Source: an uncultured Thermus sp. (GTDB lineage Bacteria > Deinococcota > Deinococci > Deinococcales > Thermaceae). From it: 64,000 nt of DNA. The notes beneath the pieces were generated by a model. That model searched no databases. It had not been told where the DNA came from and saw nothing but the letters and a program-made list of their open reading frames with translations. This document shows positions 27,795 through 37,624 of the stretch, piece after piece. Position 1 is the first letter of the stretch; each line of letters opens with the position of its first letter. Where the stretch lies: positions 160,001 to 224,000 of the forward strand of contig CAMTVD010000014.1 in the NCBI GenBank assembly GCA_947085095.1. The letters are read 5' to 3'. The position numbers and the translations under genes are program-made.

Positions 27795-29642
27795 ATGAGA
27801 AAAGCAAGCAAGCTGGCTGTACTCGGTATAACGGTCCTGGGCCTGGCCCTGGCGGGGCCCGCGGACAACAGCCTCATCGTAGGGACTTCCCAGGAGCCCA
27901 GGGTGCTGGCGGGGGATTTCTTGAGTGTCATCTCCAACCAGTCCATTAAGGCGGAGATGGAAAACTACCTCTTCGTCCCCTTCATCACCCTGAACCTGGA
28001 CGGGCAGAACACCGCTGTCCTGGCCACGGAGGTGCCCACCATCCAGAACGGCCGGGTCCGCTTTGCGGACATCGGCCAGGGGCGTAGGCGCCTGGAGATT
28101 GACATCACCATCCGGCCCGACGCCCGCTGGTCCGACGGCCGCCCCATCACCACCGAGGACGTCCAGTTCTACTTTGAGGTGGGTAAGGCCAAGGGCATGC
28201 CCGTCCTCAACCCCGACTACTGGGAGCGGGTGAACCTCCGGGTGCGGGATGCCCGCAACTTCACCGTGATCTTTGAGCCCGCCTACGCCACCGACCTCAT
28301 CGGGAGCCCCATCGGCTACGCCCCCAAGCACATCATGGGCGCGGCCTGGGAGCAGGTGAAGCGCCAGACCGCAGGCCTGGACCCCACGAGGGACGCCGCC
28401 CGGTTGGCGGAGATCTACCGCAAGTTCTTCACCGACTTCTCCACCCCCGCCTACCTGAACCAGGGCAAGATGGTCTACTCCGGGCCCTTCGTCTTCCGGC
28501 GCTGGGTGCCCGGGAGCACGGTGGAGATGGTGCGCAACCCGCAGTTCCCCATCACCCCTCCGGGCGGGGCCGACAGGTACGTCCAGAAGGTGGTTTACCG
28601 CTTCATCCAGAACACCAGCTCCCTCCAGGTGGCCATCATGGGCGGGGGCATCGACGCCCTCTCCCGGGTGGGCCTCACCTTTGACCAGGCGCGGGCGCCC
28701 CAGCTGGTGCAGCGGGCTCAGGGGAACTTTGACATCTGGTTCGTGCCCGGGGCCATCTGGGAGCACATCGACGTGAACCAGTTCGCCAACGTCCCCAGGG
28801 TGCGGGAGCTGGGTCTGAACGACAAGCGCACCCGCCAGGCCCTCCTCCACGCCATCAACCGCGAGGGCTTCGTCCGCACCGTCTTCCAGGGTCTGCAGCC
28901 CGTCTCCCACACCTGGATCGCCCCGGTCAACCCCCTCCACAACCCCAACGTGAGGAAGTACGAGTACAACCTGGACCGGGCCCGGGCCCTCCTGGCGGAG
29001 ATGGGCTGGCGGCCGGGGCCGGATGGCATCCTCCAGCGCACCGTGGACGGCCGCACCGTGCGCTTTGAGATCGAGTGGGTGACCACCGCGGGCAACGTAG
29101 TCCGCGAGCGCTTCCAGCAGTTCGTGGCCGAGGACTTCCGCAAGATCGGCATCGCCGTCCGGATCAACAACGCCCCCAGCGCCGTGGTCTTCGCCGACGA
29201 CTTCATCCAGCGGGCTTCCGAAGGCCGCTGGACGGGGATGTTCATGTTTGCCTGGGTCTCCGGTCTGGCGGAAAACGGGGACCTCTTCGCCTGCCGCTTC
29301 CGCCCCACCCGGGAGAACAACTACCAGGGCCAGAACGTGGGCGGCTGGTGCAACGAGGAGTACGACCGCCTCCGGGACCAGGCGGTGGTGGAGTTTGACC
29401 CCGCGAAGCGCAAGGCCCTCTTTGACCGGATGCAGGAGATCTGGGCGGAGGAGGTGGCCTCCCTGCCCCTCTACTTCCGCGCTGACCCCTTGATCGCGCG
29501 TAAGGGCCTGGTGAACTACGTGAGCGCCGCTTACTCCGGCGGCAACAACTACCCCAACTGGGAGCCCTGGACCATCGGCTGGGCGCAGCGGGGGGCGGAG
29601 AAGCGCTGGGACCAAGCCAAGTACGCCCTCACCATCCGCTAG
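27795..29642 (+). CDS. Peptide ABC substrate-binding protein (family 5)
   Basis: Signal peptide, RWSDGRPITTEDVQF, SGPF, RQALLHAINRE. Confidence 0.92.
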   Translation: MRKASKLAVLGITVLGLALAGPADNSLIVGTSQEPRVLAGDFLSVISNQSIKAEMENYLFVPFITLNLDGQNTAVLATEVPTIQNGRVRFADIGQGRRRLEIDITIRPDARWSDGRPITTEDVQFYFEVGKAKGMPVLNPDYWERVNLRVRDARNFTVIFEPAYATDLIGSPIGYAPKHIMGAAWEQVKRQTAGLDPTRDAARLAEIYRKFFTDFSTPAYLNQGKMVYSGPFVFRRWVPGSTVEMVRNPQFPITPPGGADRYVQKVVYRFIQNTSSLQVAIMGGGIDALSRVGLTFDQARAPQLVQRAQGNFDIWFVPGAIWEHIDVNQFANVPRVRELGLNDKRTRQALLHAINREGFVRTVFQGLQPVSHTWIAPVNPLHNPNVRKYEYNLDRARALLAEMGWRPGPDGILQRTVDGRTVRFEIEWVTTAGNVVRERFQQFVAEDFRKIGIAVRINNAPSAVVFADDFIQRASEGRWTGMFMFAWVSGLAENGDLFACRFRPTRENNYQGQNVGGWCNEEYDRLRDQAVVEFDPAKRKALFDRMQEIWAEEVASLPLYFRADPLIARKGLVNYVSAAYSGGNNYPNWEPWTIGWAQRGAEKRWDQAKYALTIR

Positions 29643-29657
29643 GCGTGGTATAGTCAG

Positions 29658-29688
29658 GCCTGCTGGGGGTTTCCCCAGCAGGCTTTTT
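29658..29688 (+). terminator. Intrinsic terminator after the SBP gene
   Basis: GCCTGCTGGGG-GTTT-CCCCAGCAGGC-TTTTT. Confidence 0.85.
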
Positions 29689-29710
29689 GCCGACGGAAAA
29701 AGGAGGTGGC

Positions 29711-30721
29711 ATGTTCGCTTACGTGGTACGAAGGCTTTTTCAGATGATCCCTTTGCTCCTGGCGGCTTCCTTTGTCATTTTCGCCCTTTTGGCCCTCCAG
29801 CCGGGGGACCCCTTGGACGAGGTGCGGATGCAAAACCCCCGCATCACCGCCGAGCAGCTTGCGGCTTTGCGCAAGGCCTACGGCCTGGACGACCCCATCC
29901 ACATCCGCTACGCCAAGTGGCTCACCCGGGCCCTGCAGGGGGACCTGGGCTACAGCCGCACCTACGGCATCCCTGCCGTGGAGTACATCTTTGAGCAGCG
30001 CCTGCCCCGCACCCTTCTCCTTTCGGGCCTGGCCCTTCTTCTGGCCCTGCTGGTCTCCATTCCCGTGGGGGTCTTCTCGGCGGTGCGCCAGTACACCTTG
30101 GCGGACTACACCATCACCTTCCTTGCCTTCATCGGCCTTTCCATCCCCAACTTCTTCCTGGGCATCCTCCTTCTTTACCTCTTCGCCGTGCGCCTGCCGG
30201 AGCTCATCCCTGGTTTCCCGCAGTTCCCCACAGGCGGGGTTCCCCCCTTTCTCTTTGAGGAGGTGCGCCGGGGGTTGGTGAGCCTGGGGACCTTCTTGGG
30301 GCTTTGGGCCTGGCACCTGGTCCTCCCGGTGCTGGTCCTGTCCACCTCCTCCATGGCGGAGTGGACCCGGTTCATGCGGGCCTCCCTCCTGGAGGTCCTC
30401 TCCCAGGACTACGTTCGCACGGCCCGGGCCAAGGGCCTTCCCGAGCGGGTGGTGCTCTACAAACACGCCCTCAGGAACGCCCTCATCCCCATCGTCACCC
30501 TGGTGGGCCTGGCCATCCCTGGGGTGATGAGCGGGGCGGTCCTCACCGAGACCATTTTCAGCTACCCCGGGATGGGGCGGGCCATTTTTGACGCTTTGGT
30601 GGAGAAGGACTACAGCGTGGCCATGGCGGCCCTGGCCTTTTTGGCCCTGATGGTGGCCCTCTTCAACCTTTTGGCGGACCTGGCCTACGCCCTGGTGGAC
30701 CCCAGGATCCGCTACAGCTAG
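29711..30721 (+). CDS. Peptide ABC permease (OppB/DppB-like)
   Basis: PGDP, GDLGYS, DYVRTARAKGL, HALRNALIP, DPRIRY. Confidence 0.92.
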   Translation: MFAYVVRRLFQMIPLLLAASFVIFALLALQPGDPLDEVRMQNPRITAEQLAALRKAYGLDDPIHIRYAKWLTRALQGDLGYSRTYGIPAVEYIFEQRLPRTLLLSGLALLLALLVSIPVGVFSAVRQYTLADYTITFLAFIGLSIPNFFLGILLLYLFAVRLPELIPGFPQFPTGGVPPFLFEEVRRGLVSLGTFLGLWAWHLVLPVLVLSTSSMAEWTRFMRASLLEVLSQDYVRTARAKGLPERVVLYKHALRNALIPIVTLVGLAIPGVMSGAVLTETIFSYPGMGRAIFDALVEKDYSVAMAALAFLALMVALFNLLADLAYALVDPRIRYS

Positions 30722-30731
30722 GAGGCAACGC

Positions 30732-31922
30732 ATGCAGCAGGCGATGGTTCCCCTTTCCGAGCAGAGGACCTTTTGGAAAGTTTTCTGGCGTCGCTTCCGC
30801 CGACACCGGCTGGCCATGGCCAGTTTGGTGGTGATCCTGCTCCTCCTCCTGGTGGCCCTGCTGGCTCCCTGGATAGCCCCTTACGACCCCTTTGCCCAGC
30901 CCCGGGGGGAGGATTTTGGGGAGAGGATCTTTTCCCCTCCCAGCCGGGAGCACCCCCTGGGCACCGATGACCTGGGGCGGGACGTTCTCTCCCGTCTCAT
31001 GTATGGCGCCCGGATCTCCCTCCTGGTGGGGTTTTCCGTGGCCACCTCCAGCATTCTGGTGGGGCTCCTTATGGGGTCCTTGGCGGGGTATTTCGCCGGG
31101 CGGCCCCTGCGCTTCTACCTGGGGCCCCTGCGCCAGGCCAAGGAGGGGTTCTACCCCTGGACCTTTGCCCTTTGGCGGGTCTTCTCCTGGTTCCTTTACT
31201 ATGGGGTCCTCTTCCTCCTCTCCCAGATGTTCGTGGGGGTGACCGAAATGGGCCGGGAGGCGGGGTCCTTGGGGGCCCAGGTCTTCTTTTGGATCTCCAT
31301 GGCCTTTCTCCTCTTCGCCGCTCTCTGGGGGCTTAGGGGAGAGATCCGCTTGGACCTGGACACGGCTATAAGCCGCCTGATTGACTTCATGCTGACCATT
31401 CCCACCCTCCCCCTGCTCCTCGTCCTCTCCGCCTTCCTGCGGGACCCCAGGGTGCCCGTGGGACAGTGGGCTCAAGGGGTTTTAGGGGATGCAGCCAGCG
31501 TTTTCATCATCATCGCCATCCTCCTCCTCTTTGGCTGGCTCACCCCGGCCCGTATCGTCCGCGGCACCATTCTCTCCCTTAGGGAACAGGACTACACCAC
31601 CGCCGCCCAGGCCCTGGGGGCTTCGGACAGCCGTATCCTGTTCCGGCACCTTATCCCCAACGCCCTGGCTCCCTTGATCGTCTTGGCCACCCTGCAGGTG
31701 GGCTACGCCATCCTGGTGGAGTCTGCGCTTTCCTTCCTGGGCTTTGGCATCAAGCCCCCGGTGGCCACCTGGGGGAACATGCTGGCCAATGCCCAGGAGT
31801 ACATCTTCATGGCCCCCTGGCTGGCCCTGCCCCCTGGGTTCATGATCTTCATCACCGTCTTGGCCTTTAACTTCGTGGGGGATGGCCTTCGGGATGCCTT
31901 AGACCCCAGGAGCCGCCTCTAG
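30732..31922 (+). CDS. Peptide ABC permease (OppC/DppC-like) with internal insertion
   Basis: [39 protein letters not shown]. Confidence 0.9.
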   Translation: MQQAMVPLSEQRTFWKVFWRRFRRHRLAMASLVVILLLLLVALLAPWIAPYDPFAQPRGEDFGERIFSPPSREHPLGTDDLGRDVLSRLMYGARISLLVGFSVATSSILVGLLMGSLAGYFAGRPLRFYLGPLRQAKEGFYPWTFALWRVFSWFLYYGVLFLLSQMFVGVTEMGREAGSLGAQVFFWISMAFLLFAALWGLRGEIRLDLDTAISRLIDFMLTIPTLPLLLVLSAFLRDPRVPVGQWAQGVLGDAASVFIIIAILLLFGWLTPARIVRGTILSLREQDYTTAAQALGASDSRILFRHLIPNALAPLIVLATLQVGYAILVESALSFLGFGIKPPVATWGNMLANAQEYIFMAPWLALPPGFMIFITVLAFNFVGDGLRDALDPRSRL

Positions 31923-32685
31923 GGTGGGGCTTGAGCTTTTCCTCCGGGTAGGCGGCCTCGAGGAAGTAAAGCCCCATGGCCGGGGCGCTGGGGCCCGCCA
32001 GGCGGCGGTCTCCGGTCTCCAGGATGGCCCTGAGGCTCTCCGGGGGCCGCTTGCCCAGGCCCACCTGCAAAAGCGTCCCCACCATGCCCCGCACCTGGCC
32101 GCGGAGGAAGCTTTTGCCCCGGAAGTAGAAGCGGACCTCGGGGCCCGCCTCCCCTTCCAGGGCCTCGAGGCGGGCCTCCAAAAGCTCCCGCACCCCTTCC
32201 CGGGTCTCCTCCTTGGCGAAGCCCAGGAAGTTGTGCCTGCCCAGAAGGAGGGGGAGGGCCTCCCGGATGGCGGCGAGGTCCAGGGACTTCCTGAGCCAGA
32301 GGGCCCGGTGGCGGAGGAGGGGGGAGGGGTGGGGCCTCAGGAGGACCCGGTAGCGGTAGGCCCGCCAGAGGGCGTCCCTCCTGGCGTGGAAGCCCGGGGC
32401 CACCTCCTTTGCGGCCACCACCTTCAGGTCCTCGGGGAGGAGACGGTTTAGGGCCTCGGGCACCTTCTCCGTGGGGATGGGGCTTTGCAGGTCTATGTGG
32501 AAGGGCATGAGGAGGGCGTGGACCCCGGCGTCCGTACGCCCCGCCGCCACCGCCTTGGGGAGGGCTCCGATGTGGGGAAGGGCCTTTTCCAGCTCGCCCT
32601 GCACGGTGCGCAGGCCCTGCCGCTGCCTTTGGAGGCCGGCGAAGTGGGTCCCGTCGTACTCGGTGAGGAGGAGGATGCGGCGCAC
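31867..32685 (-). CDS. truA: tRNA pseudouridine(38-40) synthase
   Basis: [33 protein letters not shown]. Confidence 0.95.
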   Translation of the reverse strand: MRRILLLTEYDGTHFAGLQRQRQGLRTVQGELEKALPHIGALPKAVAAGRTDAGVHALLMPFHIDLQSPIPTEKVPEALNRLLPEDLKVVAAKEVAPGFHARRDALWRAYRYRVLLRPHPSPLLRHRALWLRKSLDLAAIREALPLLLGRHNFLGFAKEETREGVRELLEARLEALEGEAGPEVRFYFRGKSFLRGQVRGMVGTLLQVGLGKRPPESLRAILETGDRRLAGPSAPAMGLYFLEAAYPEEKLKPHPRGGSWGLRHPEGHPPRS

Positions 32686-32694
32686 AGGCCTAGC

Positions 32695-33735
32695 TTAGTC
32701 GGTGCCCACCAGGGTTTTGCTCCCCTCGAGGGCCACCCCTTCCCCCACCACCTTGAGGCTCACCCGGTCCCCCACCCGGTAGGGGGTGGTGGGGTTTTCC
32801 TGGACCAGAACCTCCCGCTCCAGGCCGAGGAGGCGGACCCGGTAGGTGAGGTCGTGCCCCTTGAACTCCCGGGCCACCACCTCGCCCAGGGGGCCCTGTC
32901 CAGGGGGGGCTAGCCTCAGGGTCTCGGGCCTTAGGGAAAGGAGGAGGGGGCCGGTGGCGGGCTCGGCCAAGGGCACGGAGCCCAGGCAGGTTTCCGCATA
33001 CCGCCCCCGCCCTTCCCCGGGGAGGAGGTTGGTGCGCCCCAGGAACTGGGCCACGAAGGGGGTTCTGGGCCTTAGGTAGACCCCCTCGGGGGTCCCCACC
33101 TGCTCCAGCCTCCCCCCCCGCATGACCCCCAGGCGGTCGGCGAAGGAGAGGGCCTCCTCCTGGTCGTGGGTGACCAGCAGGGCGGTGGTGCCCGTGGCCT
33201 TCAGGATCCTGCGCACCTCTTCCCGGGTGGCGGCCCTAAGCCCTGCGTCCAGGCTGGAAAAGGGCTCGTCCAGGAGGACCAGCTTGGGCCCCGGGGCCAG
33301 GGCGCGGGCCAGGGCCACCCGTTGCTGTTGCCCCCCGGAGAGTTCCCCCGGCCTCCGGTTCTGGAAGAGGGTCATGCCCACCCGCTCCAGGGCCCTTCTG
33401 GCCCGCTCCAGGCGGTCCTCTCCCTTCAGGCCGAAGGCCACGTTGCCCAGGGCGGTGAGGTGGGGGAAGAGGGCGTAGTCCTGGAAGACGAAGCCGATGC
33501 CCCGCCTTTCCGGGGGTAAGGGGGTGATGTCCCGGCCCTCGAGGTGGACCCGTCCCGAATCGGGGCTCTCCAGCCCGGCGATGACCCTTAAGAGGGTGGT
33601 CTTGCCGCACCCCGAGGGGCCCAGGAGGGCCAGGATCTCCCCGGGATAGACCTCCAGGTCTATCCCCTTGAGCACCTCGTGCTCCCCGAAGCGCTTGCGA
33701 ACCCCTTGCAGTTCTAGAAGCGGCGCTCGCTCCAA
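32695..33735 (-). CDS. fbpC: Fe(III) ABC transporter ATPase
   Basis: GPSGCGKTT, FQDYALFPH, LSGGQQQR, LLDEPFS. Confidence 0.88.
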   Translation of the reverse strand: MERAPLLELQGVRKRFGEHEVLKGIDLEVYPGEILALLGPSGCGKTTLLRVIAGLESPDSGRVHLEGRDITPLPPERRGIGFVFQDYALFPHLTALGNVAFGLKGEDRLERARRALERVGMTLFQNRRPGELSGGQQQRVALARALAPGPKLVLLDEPFSSLDAGLRAATREEVRRILKATGTTALLVTHDQEEALSFADRLGVMRGGRLEQVGTPEGVYLRPRTPFVAQFLGRTNLLPGEGRGRYAETCLGSVPLAEPATGPLLLSLRPETLRLAPPGQGPLGEVVAREFKGHDLTYRVRLLGLEREVLVQENPTTPYRVGDRVSLKVVGEGVALEGSKTLVGTD

Positions 33736-35261
33736 AGCAACACCCCCACAAAGGCCGCCGAGAGCAGGACGATGAGGAGGGCGAAGGGGGCGGCCTCGGC
33801 GAACATGGCTTCCTGAGTGTAGCCGAAAACCCGGGTGGCCAGGGTGCTGTAGCCCATGGGGGCAAGGAGAAGGGTGATGGGGAGCTCCTTGACCGCCCCG
33901 ATGAAGGCCAGGGCCCCTCCCGCCGCCGCTCCCCGCCAGAGCAGGGGGAAGGTAACCCGGAAGAAGGCCCCGGTGGGGGTTTCCCCCAGGGTCCTGGCCG
34001 CCTCCTCCAGCCTCCTGGGCACCTGGTGCAAGGCTCCCCGGATGGGCCCCAGGCTCTCCGCCAAAAAGTGGAAGGAAAGGACCAGGACCAAAAGGGGCAG
34101 GCTGCCGTAGAGGAAGGGAAGGCTTTTCAGGCTAAAGAAGACCCAGGCCAGGGCGAAGGCCAGGGGCGGGACAGCGTAGCCCAGGTAGGCGAGGCGTTCC
34201 AGGACCCGGGAGGCGGGGGAAGGGTGGCGCACCGCCAGGTAGGCGATGGGCAGGGCCATGCCCACGGCGAGGAGGGCGGTGGGTGCCGCCGCCAGGGCGG
34301 AGTGGAAGAAGGCCTCGGAGAGCCCCTGGAGGTTTTCCCTGGGGAAGCGGCTGGCCAGGTGCACAAGGGCGTAGAGGGGTAGGAGGAGGGCCAGCAGGAC
34401 GGGAAGGAGGGCGAGGAGGTAGGCCCAGGGGGCGAGGGCCCCCAGGCGTACGGCCCTGGCCCTTCTGCCCGCCCCCTTTCCTGTACGGGCCAGAAAGAGG
34501 CGGCGCAGGAGAAAGCCCTCGAGGAGGAGGAGCCCCCCGGTGAGGAGGAGGAGAAACAGGGCCAGCCAGGCGGCGTAGACCCGGTCAAAGGCGGCGCTGT
34601 ACTGCAGGTAGATGGCGTAGGAGAAGGTCTCGTAGCGGAGAAGGCTCACGGTGCCGAAGTCCCCCAGGACGTGGAGGCCCACCACCAGGTAGCCCGAGAG
34701 GAGGGCGGGGAGGAGCTGGGGGAAGGTGGCCTTGAGGAAGGCCCTGAAAGGGCTTAGGCCCAGGGTGCGGGCCGCTTCTTCCAAAGAGGGGTCCAGGCCC
34801 AAAAAGGCGGCCCTAAGGGAGAGGAAGAGGTAGGGGTAGGTGATGAAGGAGAGGACCAGGAGGGCCCCCCAGTACCCCTCGAGCCGGGGCAGGGGCAGAA
34901 ACCCCCCAGGCCCCGTGGCCGCCAGGAGGACGTAGGCCCCCACGTAGCCGGGGATGGCCAGGGGCAGGGTGAGGAGGGTGGCGAGAAACCGCTTTCCCTT
35001 AAGGTCCGTGCGGGTGGTGAGGAAGGCCAGGGGCAGGGCCAGGAGGGTGGTGAGGAGGAGAACCCCAAGGAGGAGGGTCAGGGTGTTCCCGAGGAGCGCC
35101 AGGTTCTTGGGCCTCAGCAGGATCTCCTGAAGGGCGCCTGGCTGGGCCTCGAGGGCCCTGAGGAGCAGGTAAAGGAGGGGCAGGGCCACCCCGCCCCCGG
35201 TGAGGAGGGCGGGGACCAGGAAGGGAAGAAGCCCCGGGAGGTGGGGAAGCCTTAGGGTCAC
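33714..35261 (-). CDS. fbpB: Fe(III) ABC permease
   Basis: Two LEEAARTLG loops, DFGTV, KELP. Confidence 0.88.
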   Translation of the reverse strand: MTLRLPHLPGLLPFLVPALLTGGGVALPLLYLLLRALEAQPGALQEILLRPKNLALLGNTLTLLLGVLLLTTLLALPLAFLTTRTDLKGKRFLATLLTLPLAIPGYVGAYVLLAATGPGGFLPLPRLEGYWGALLVLSFITYPYLFLSLRAAFLGLDPSLEEAARTLGLSPFRAFLKATFPQLLPALLSGYLVVGLHVLGDFGTVSLLRYETFSYAIYLQYSAAFDRVYAAWLALFLLLLTGGLLLLEGFLLRRLFLARTGKGAGRRARAVRLGALAPWAYLLALLPVLLALLLPLYALVHLASRFPRENLQGLSEAFFHSALAAAPTALLAVGMALPIAYLAVRHPSPASRVLERLAYLGYAVPPLAFALAWVFFSLKSLPFLYGSLPLLVLVLSFHFLAESLGPIRGALHQVPRRLEEAARTLGETPTGAFFRVTFPLLWRGAAAGGALAFIGAVKELPITLLLAPMGYSTLATRVFGYTQEAMFAEAAPFALLIVLLSAAFVGVLLWSERRF

Positions 35262-36253
35262 AGGATCCCGAGTTCCCGCAGGAGCCTCAAAGCCTGCTCC
35301 AGGGGGAGCTTCTCAAAGTCCAGCCTGGGGCTCTTGGCCAGGGCCTCTTCCAGGGGCAGGAGGCTGGGGTCGGCCACCACCCCTCTCACCAGGGGGTACT
35401 CCCCCACGTTGCCCACGAAGTACTGCTGGGCCTTAGGGGAGAGGAGGTAGGTGAGGAAGCGGGTGGCGTTGCCCAGGTTCTTGCTGGTCTTCAGGATGCC
35501 CGCCCCCGTGACCAGGGCCAGGTTGCCCACATCGCCGTCCTGGAAGTGGTGCATGCCCAGCTGGTACCCCGCCCGGCGGAAGCGCACCGCGTAGTAGTGG
35601 TTGGTGGAGCCGAGGTCAATCTCCCCCGCCCGGATGGCGTCCAGCATGGCCGGGTTAGAGGCGTAGGTCTTGGGGGCGAGGGCCTTCATCTCCGAAAGCC
35701 ACGCCCTGGTCTGGGCCTCCCCGTGCAGGGCGATCATCCCCGCCACCATGTCCTGGAAGCTGGAGTAGGTGGGGGTCCAGCCCACCCGGCCCACCAGGCC
35801 CTTCTCCCGGGCGAAGCGGGGTAGGTCCAGGATGGAGGGGGGGAGTTCCTCGGGCTTGAACTTTTGGGGGTTATAGGCCAGGACCCTAAGGCGCAGGGTC
35901 ACCGGCACCCAGGACCGGGAGGCGGGGGCGAAGGCCTGGGGGGTCTTGAGGAGGCTATCCCCCAGGGGCCTTAAAAGACCCAGCCCGGCGGCCCGGCCCA
36001 GGGCCCCCGAGGTGTTGCCCCAGAACACATCCGCAGGGGAGCGGCCTCCCTCCTCCTGCAGGGCCGCCAGGATCTGGGCATCGGTGCCGTAGCGCACCTG
36101 GACCCGGATGCCCGTATCCCGCTCAAACTGCTTCACCAAGGGCTCCACCAGGCTCTGGCCCCGGCCCGAGTAGACGGTGAGGGTCTGGGTCTGGGCCAAG
36201 CTAAGGTTTAGGATCGTTAGGCCGATAAGGGTCAGGATCGTTCTGCGCCGCAT
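35258..36253 (-). CDS. fbpA: Fe(III)-binding protein
   Basis: Signal peptide, TVYSGR, SPADVF, NHYY twin-Tyr ligand motif. Confidence 0.88.
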   Translation of the reverse strand: MRRRTILTLIGLTILNLSLAQTQTLTVYSGRGQSLVEPLVKQFERDTGIRVQVRYGTDAQILAALQEEGGRSPADVFWGNTSGALGRAAGLGLLRPLGDSLLKTPQAFAPASRSWVPVTLRLRVLAYNPQKFKPEELPPSILDLPRFAREKGLVGRVGWTPTYSSFQDMVAGMIALHGEAQTRAWLSEMKALAPKTYASNPAMLDAIRAGEIDLGSTNHYYAVRFRRAGYQLGMHHFQDGDVGNLALVTGAGILKTSKNLGNATRFLTYLLSPKAQQYFVGNVGEYPLVRGVVADPSLLPLEEALAKSPRLDFEKLPLEQALRLLRELGIL

Positions 36254-36312
36254 TCGAACCTCCAAGGGTGATTCCCGGGAGACCCCGGGGTGAGGGCGCC
36301 CTCTGCCTGGGC

Positions 36313-36341
36313 ACTCTATCCCAGGAGGAGGAGAAAGTCAA
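36313..36341 (-). promoter_or_regulatory. Sigma-A promoter of fbpABC
   Basis: TTGACT-N17-TAGAGT. Confidence 0.7.
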
Positions 36342-37114
36342 GTATTCCGGTCGGGTTTTATAAGTTTAGAAACGATAATCACTTGCAACCAGGGAAGGAA
36401 CCCCGCCAGGTCCTCGGGGGGAGGAGGAGCCTGCCCCGTGTAGACCAGGGGTACTGGGTTTCGGGTGTGCCGGGGGTGCCAGGGCTCCTCGGCGTTGCCG
36501 TGGTCGGAGGTGAGGAGGAGTTCCCCTCCTTCTTCCAGGAAGCCCCGCAGAAACAGGGTGAGCTCCCGGAAACGCTCCGGCAGGCGTTCTGGGTCCCGAT
36601 GGGCAAAGAGGTCCAGGGCCCAGTACTCCAGGACCACCAGGTCAAAGCGCCGGGTGAGGGCCGCCGCCTTAGCCCCCACGCCGTAAGGGTCTTCCCAGAA
36701 CCCGGGGGGGAGGGCCAGGGGATGGCCCAGGGGCAGAAGGGGTAGACCCGCAAGGCGGGCCGACTGGGCGAAGGCGGAAAGGAGAAGGCGCCTGCCCCCC
36801 ATGGCCCTTTCCAGGTACTCCGGGCGGTAGGCGTTGGCGTGAAGGAGGGAAAGGCCTTGCCCCTGGGCCCAGGCGTAGAGGCCCCTTTGCAGGAGGGGGC
36901 GGAGCCTGGGGCTGGGGAAAGGGCCCTGGTGGTGGCCCAGGAGCCTGGCGGCGTTCATCCCGGTGAGGAGGGTGGTCTGGCCCGTGCCCGACTGGGGCAG
37001 GCCCTCCACCCCCAGGGTGGCGTCCAGAGGGTGGGGGCGAAGCTCCAAAAGGAGGGGGAAGAGGTTCTCCAAGGTCCCTCCCAGCCCCAGCCCGTCCACG
37101 AAGAGGAAGAGCAC
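36338..37114 (-). CDS. Alkaline-phosphatase-superfamily metalloenzyme (phosphomutase-like); start uncertain (37114 or 37147)
   Basis: FVDGLG, PQSGTGQ, DLFAH, TSDHGN, HTRNPVP. Confidence 0.8.
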   Translation of the reverse strand: MLFLFVDGLGLGGTLENLFPLLLELRPHPLDATLGVEGLPQSGTGQTTLLTGMNAARLLGHHQGPFPSPRLRPLLQRGLYAWAQGQGLSLLHANAYRPEYLERAMGGRRLLLSAFAQSARLAGLPLLPLGHPLALPPGFWEDPYGVGAKAAALTRRFDLVVLEYWALDLFAHRDPERLPERFRELTLFLRGFLEEGGELLLTSDHGNAEEPWHPRHTRNPVPLVYTGQAPPPPEDLAGFLPWLQVIIVSKLIKPDRNT

Positions 37115-37192
37115 CTCTCCAGTTTGGCAGAAGGTGGTTTCGTGCACCCAGGGGTTGACCGGGCGGGGTAGTCTGAGGACGGAGGTAAGCCT

Positions 37193-37624
37193 ATGCCGGT
37201 GAGGAAAGCGGAAGCGGTTTGGGAGGGCGGGTTGCGTGCGGGCAAAGGGGTTATGAAGCTAGAGAGCCAGGCCTTCCAGGGCCCCTACTCCTTCCCCTCC
37301 CGCTTTGAGGAGGGGGAGGGGACCAACCCCGAGGAGCTCATCGCCGCGGCCCACGCGGGCTGCTTCTCCATGGCCCTCTCGGCGGCGTTGGAGCGGGAGG
37401 GGTTCCCCCCCAGGCGGGTTTCCACCGAGGCCCGGGTACACCTGGAGATGGTGGAGGGCAGGGCCACCATCACCCGGATAGAGCTCTTCACCGAGGCCGA
37501 GGTGCCCGGGGTTTCCCCGGAGAAGTTCCAGGAGGTCGCCCAGGCGGCCAAGGAGGGGTGCCCCGTCTCCCGGGCCCTGGCGGGGGTGAAGGAGATTCGC
37601 CTCGAGGCCCGCCTTTTGGGCTAG
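37193..37624 (+). CDS. osmC: OsmC peroxiredoxin
   Basis: GTNPEELIAAAHAGCFSMAL, AKEGCPVSRAL. Confidence 0.95.
   Translation: MPVRKAEAVWEGGLRAGKGVMKLESQAFQGPYSFPSRFEEGEGTNPEELIAAAHAGCFSMALSAALEREGFPPRRVSTEARVHLEMVEGRATITRIELFTEAEVPGVSPEKFQEVAQAAKEGCPVSRALAGVKEIRLEARLLG

Noticed and set aside
27696..29615. 639-aa minus-strand ORF
   Set aside because: Antisense shadow of the peptide SBP gene
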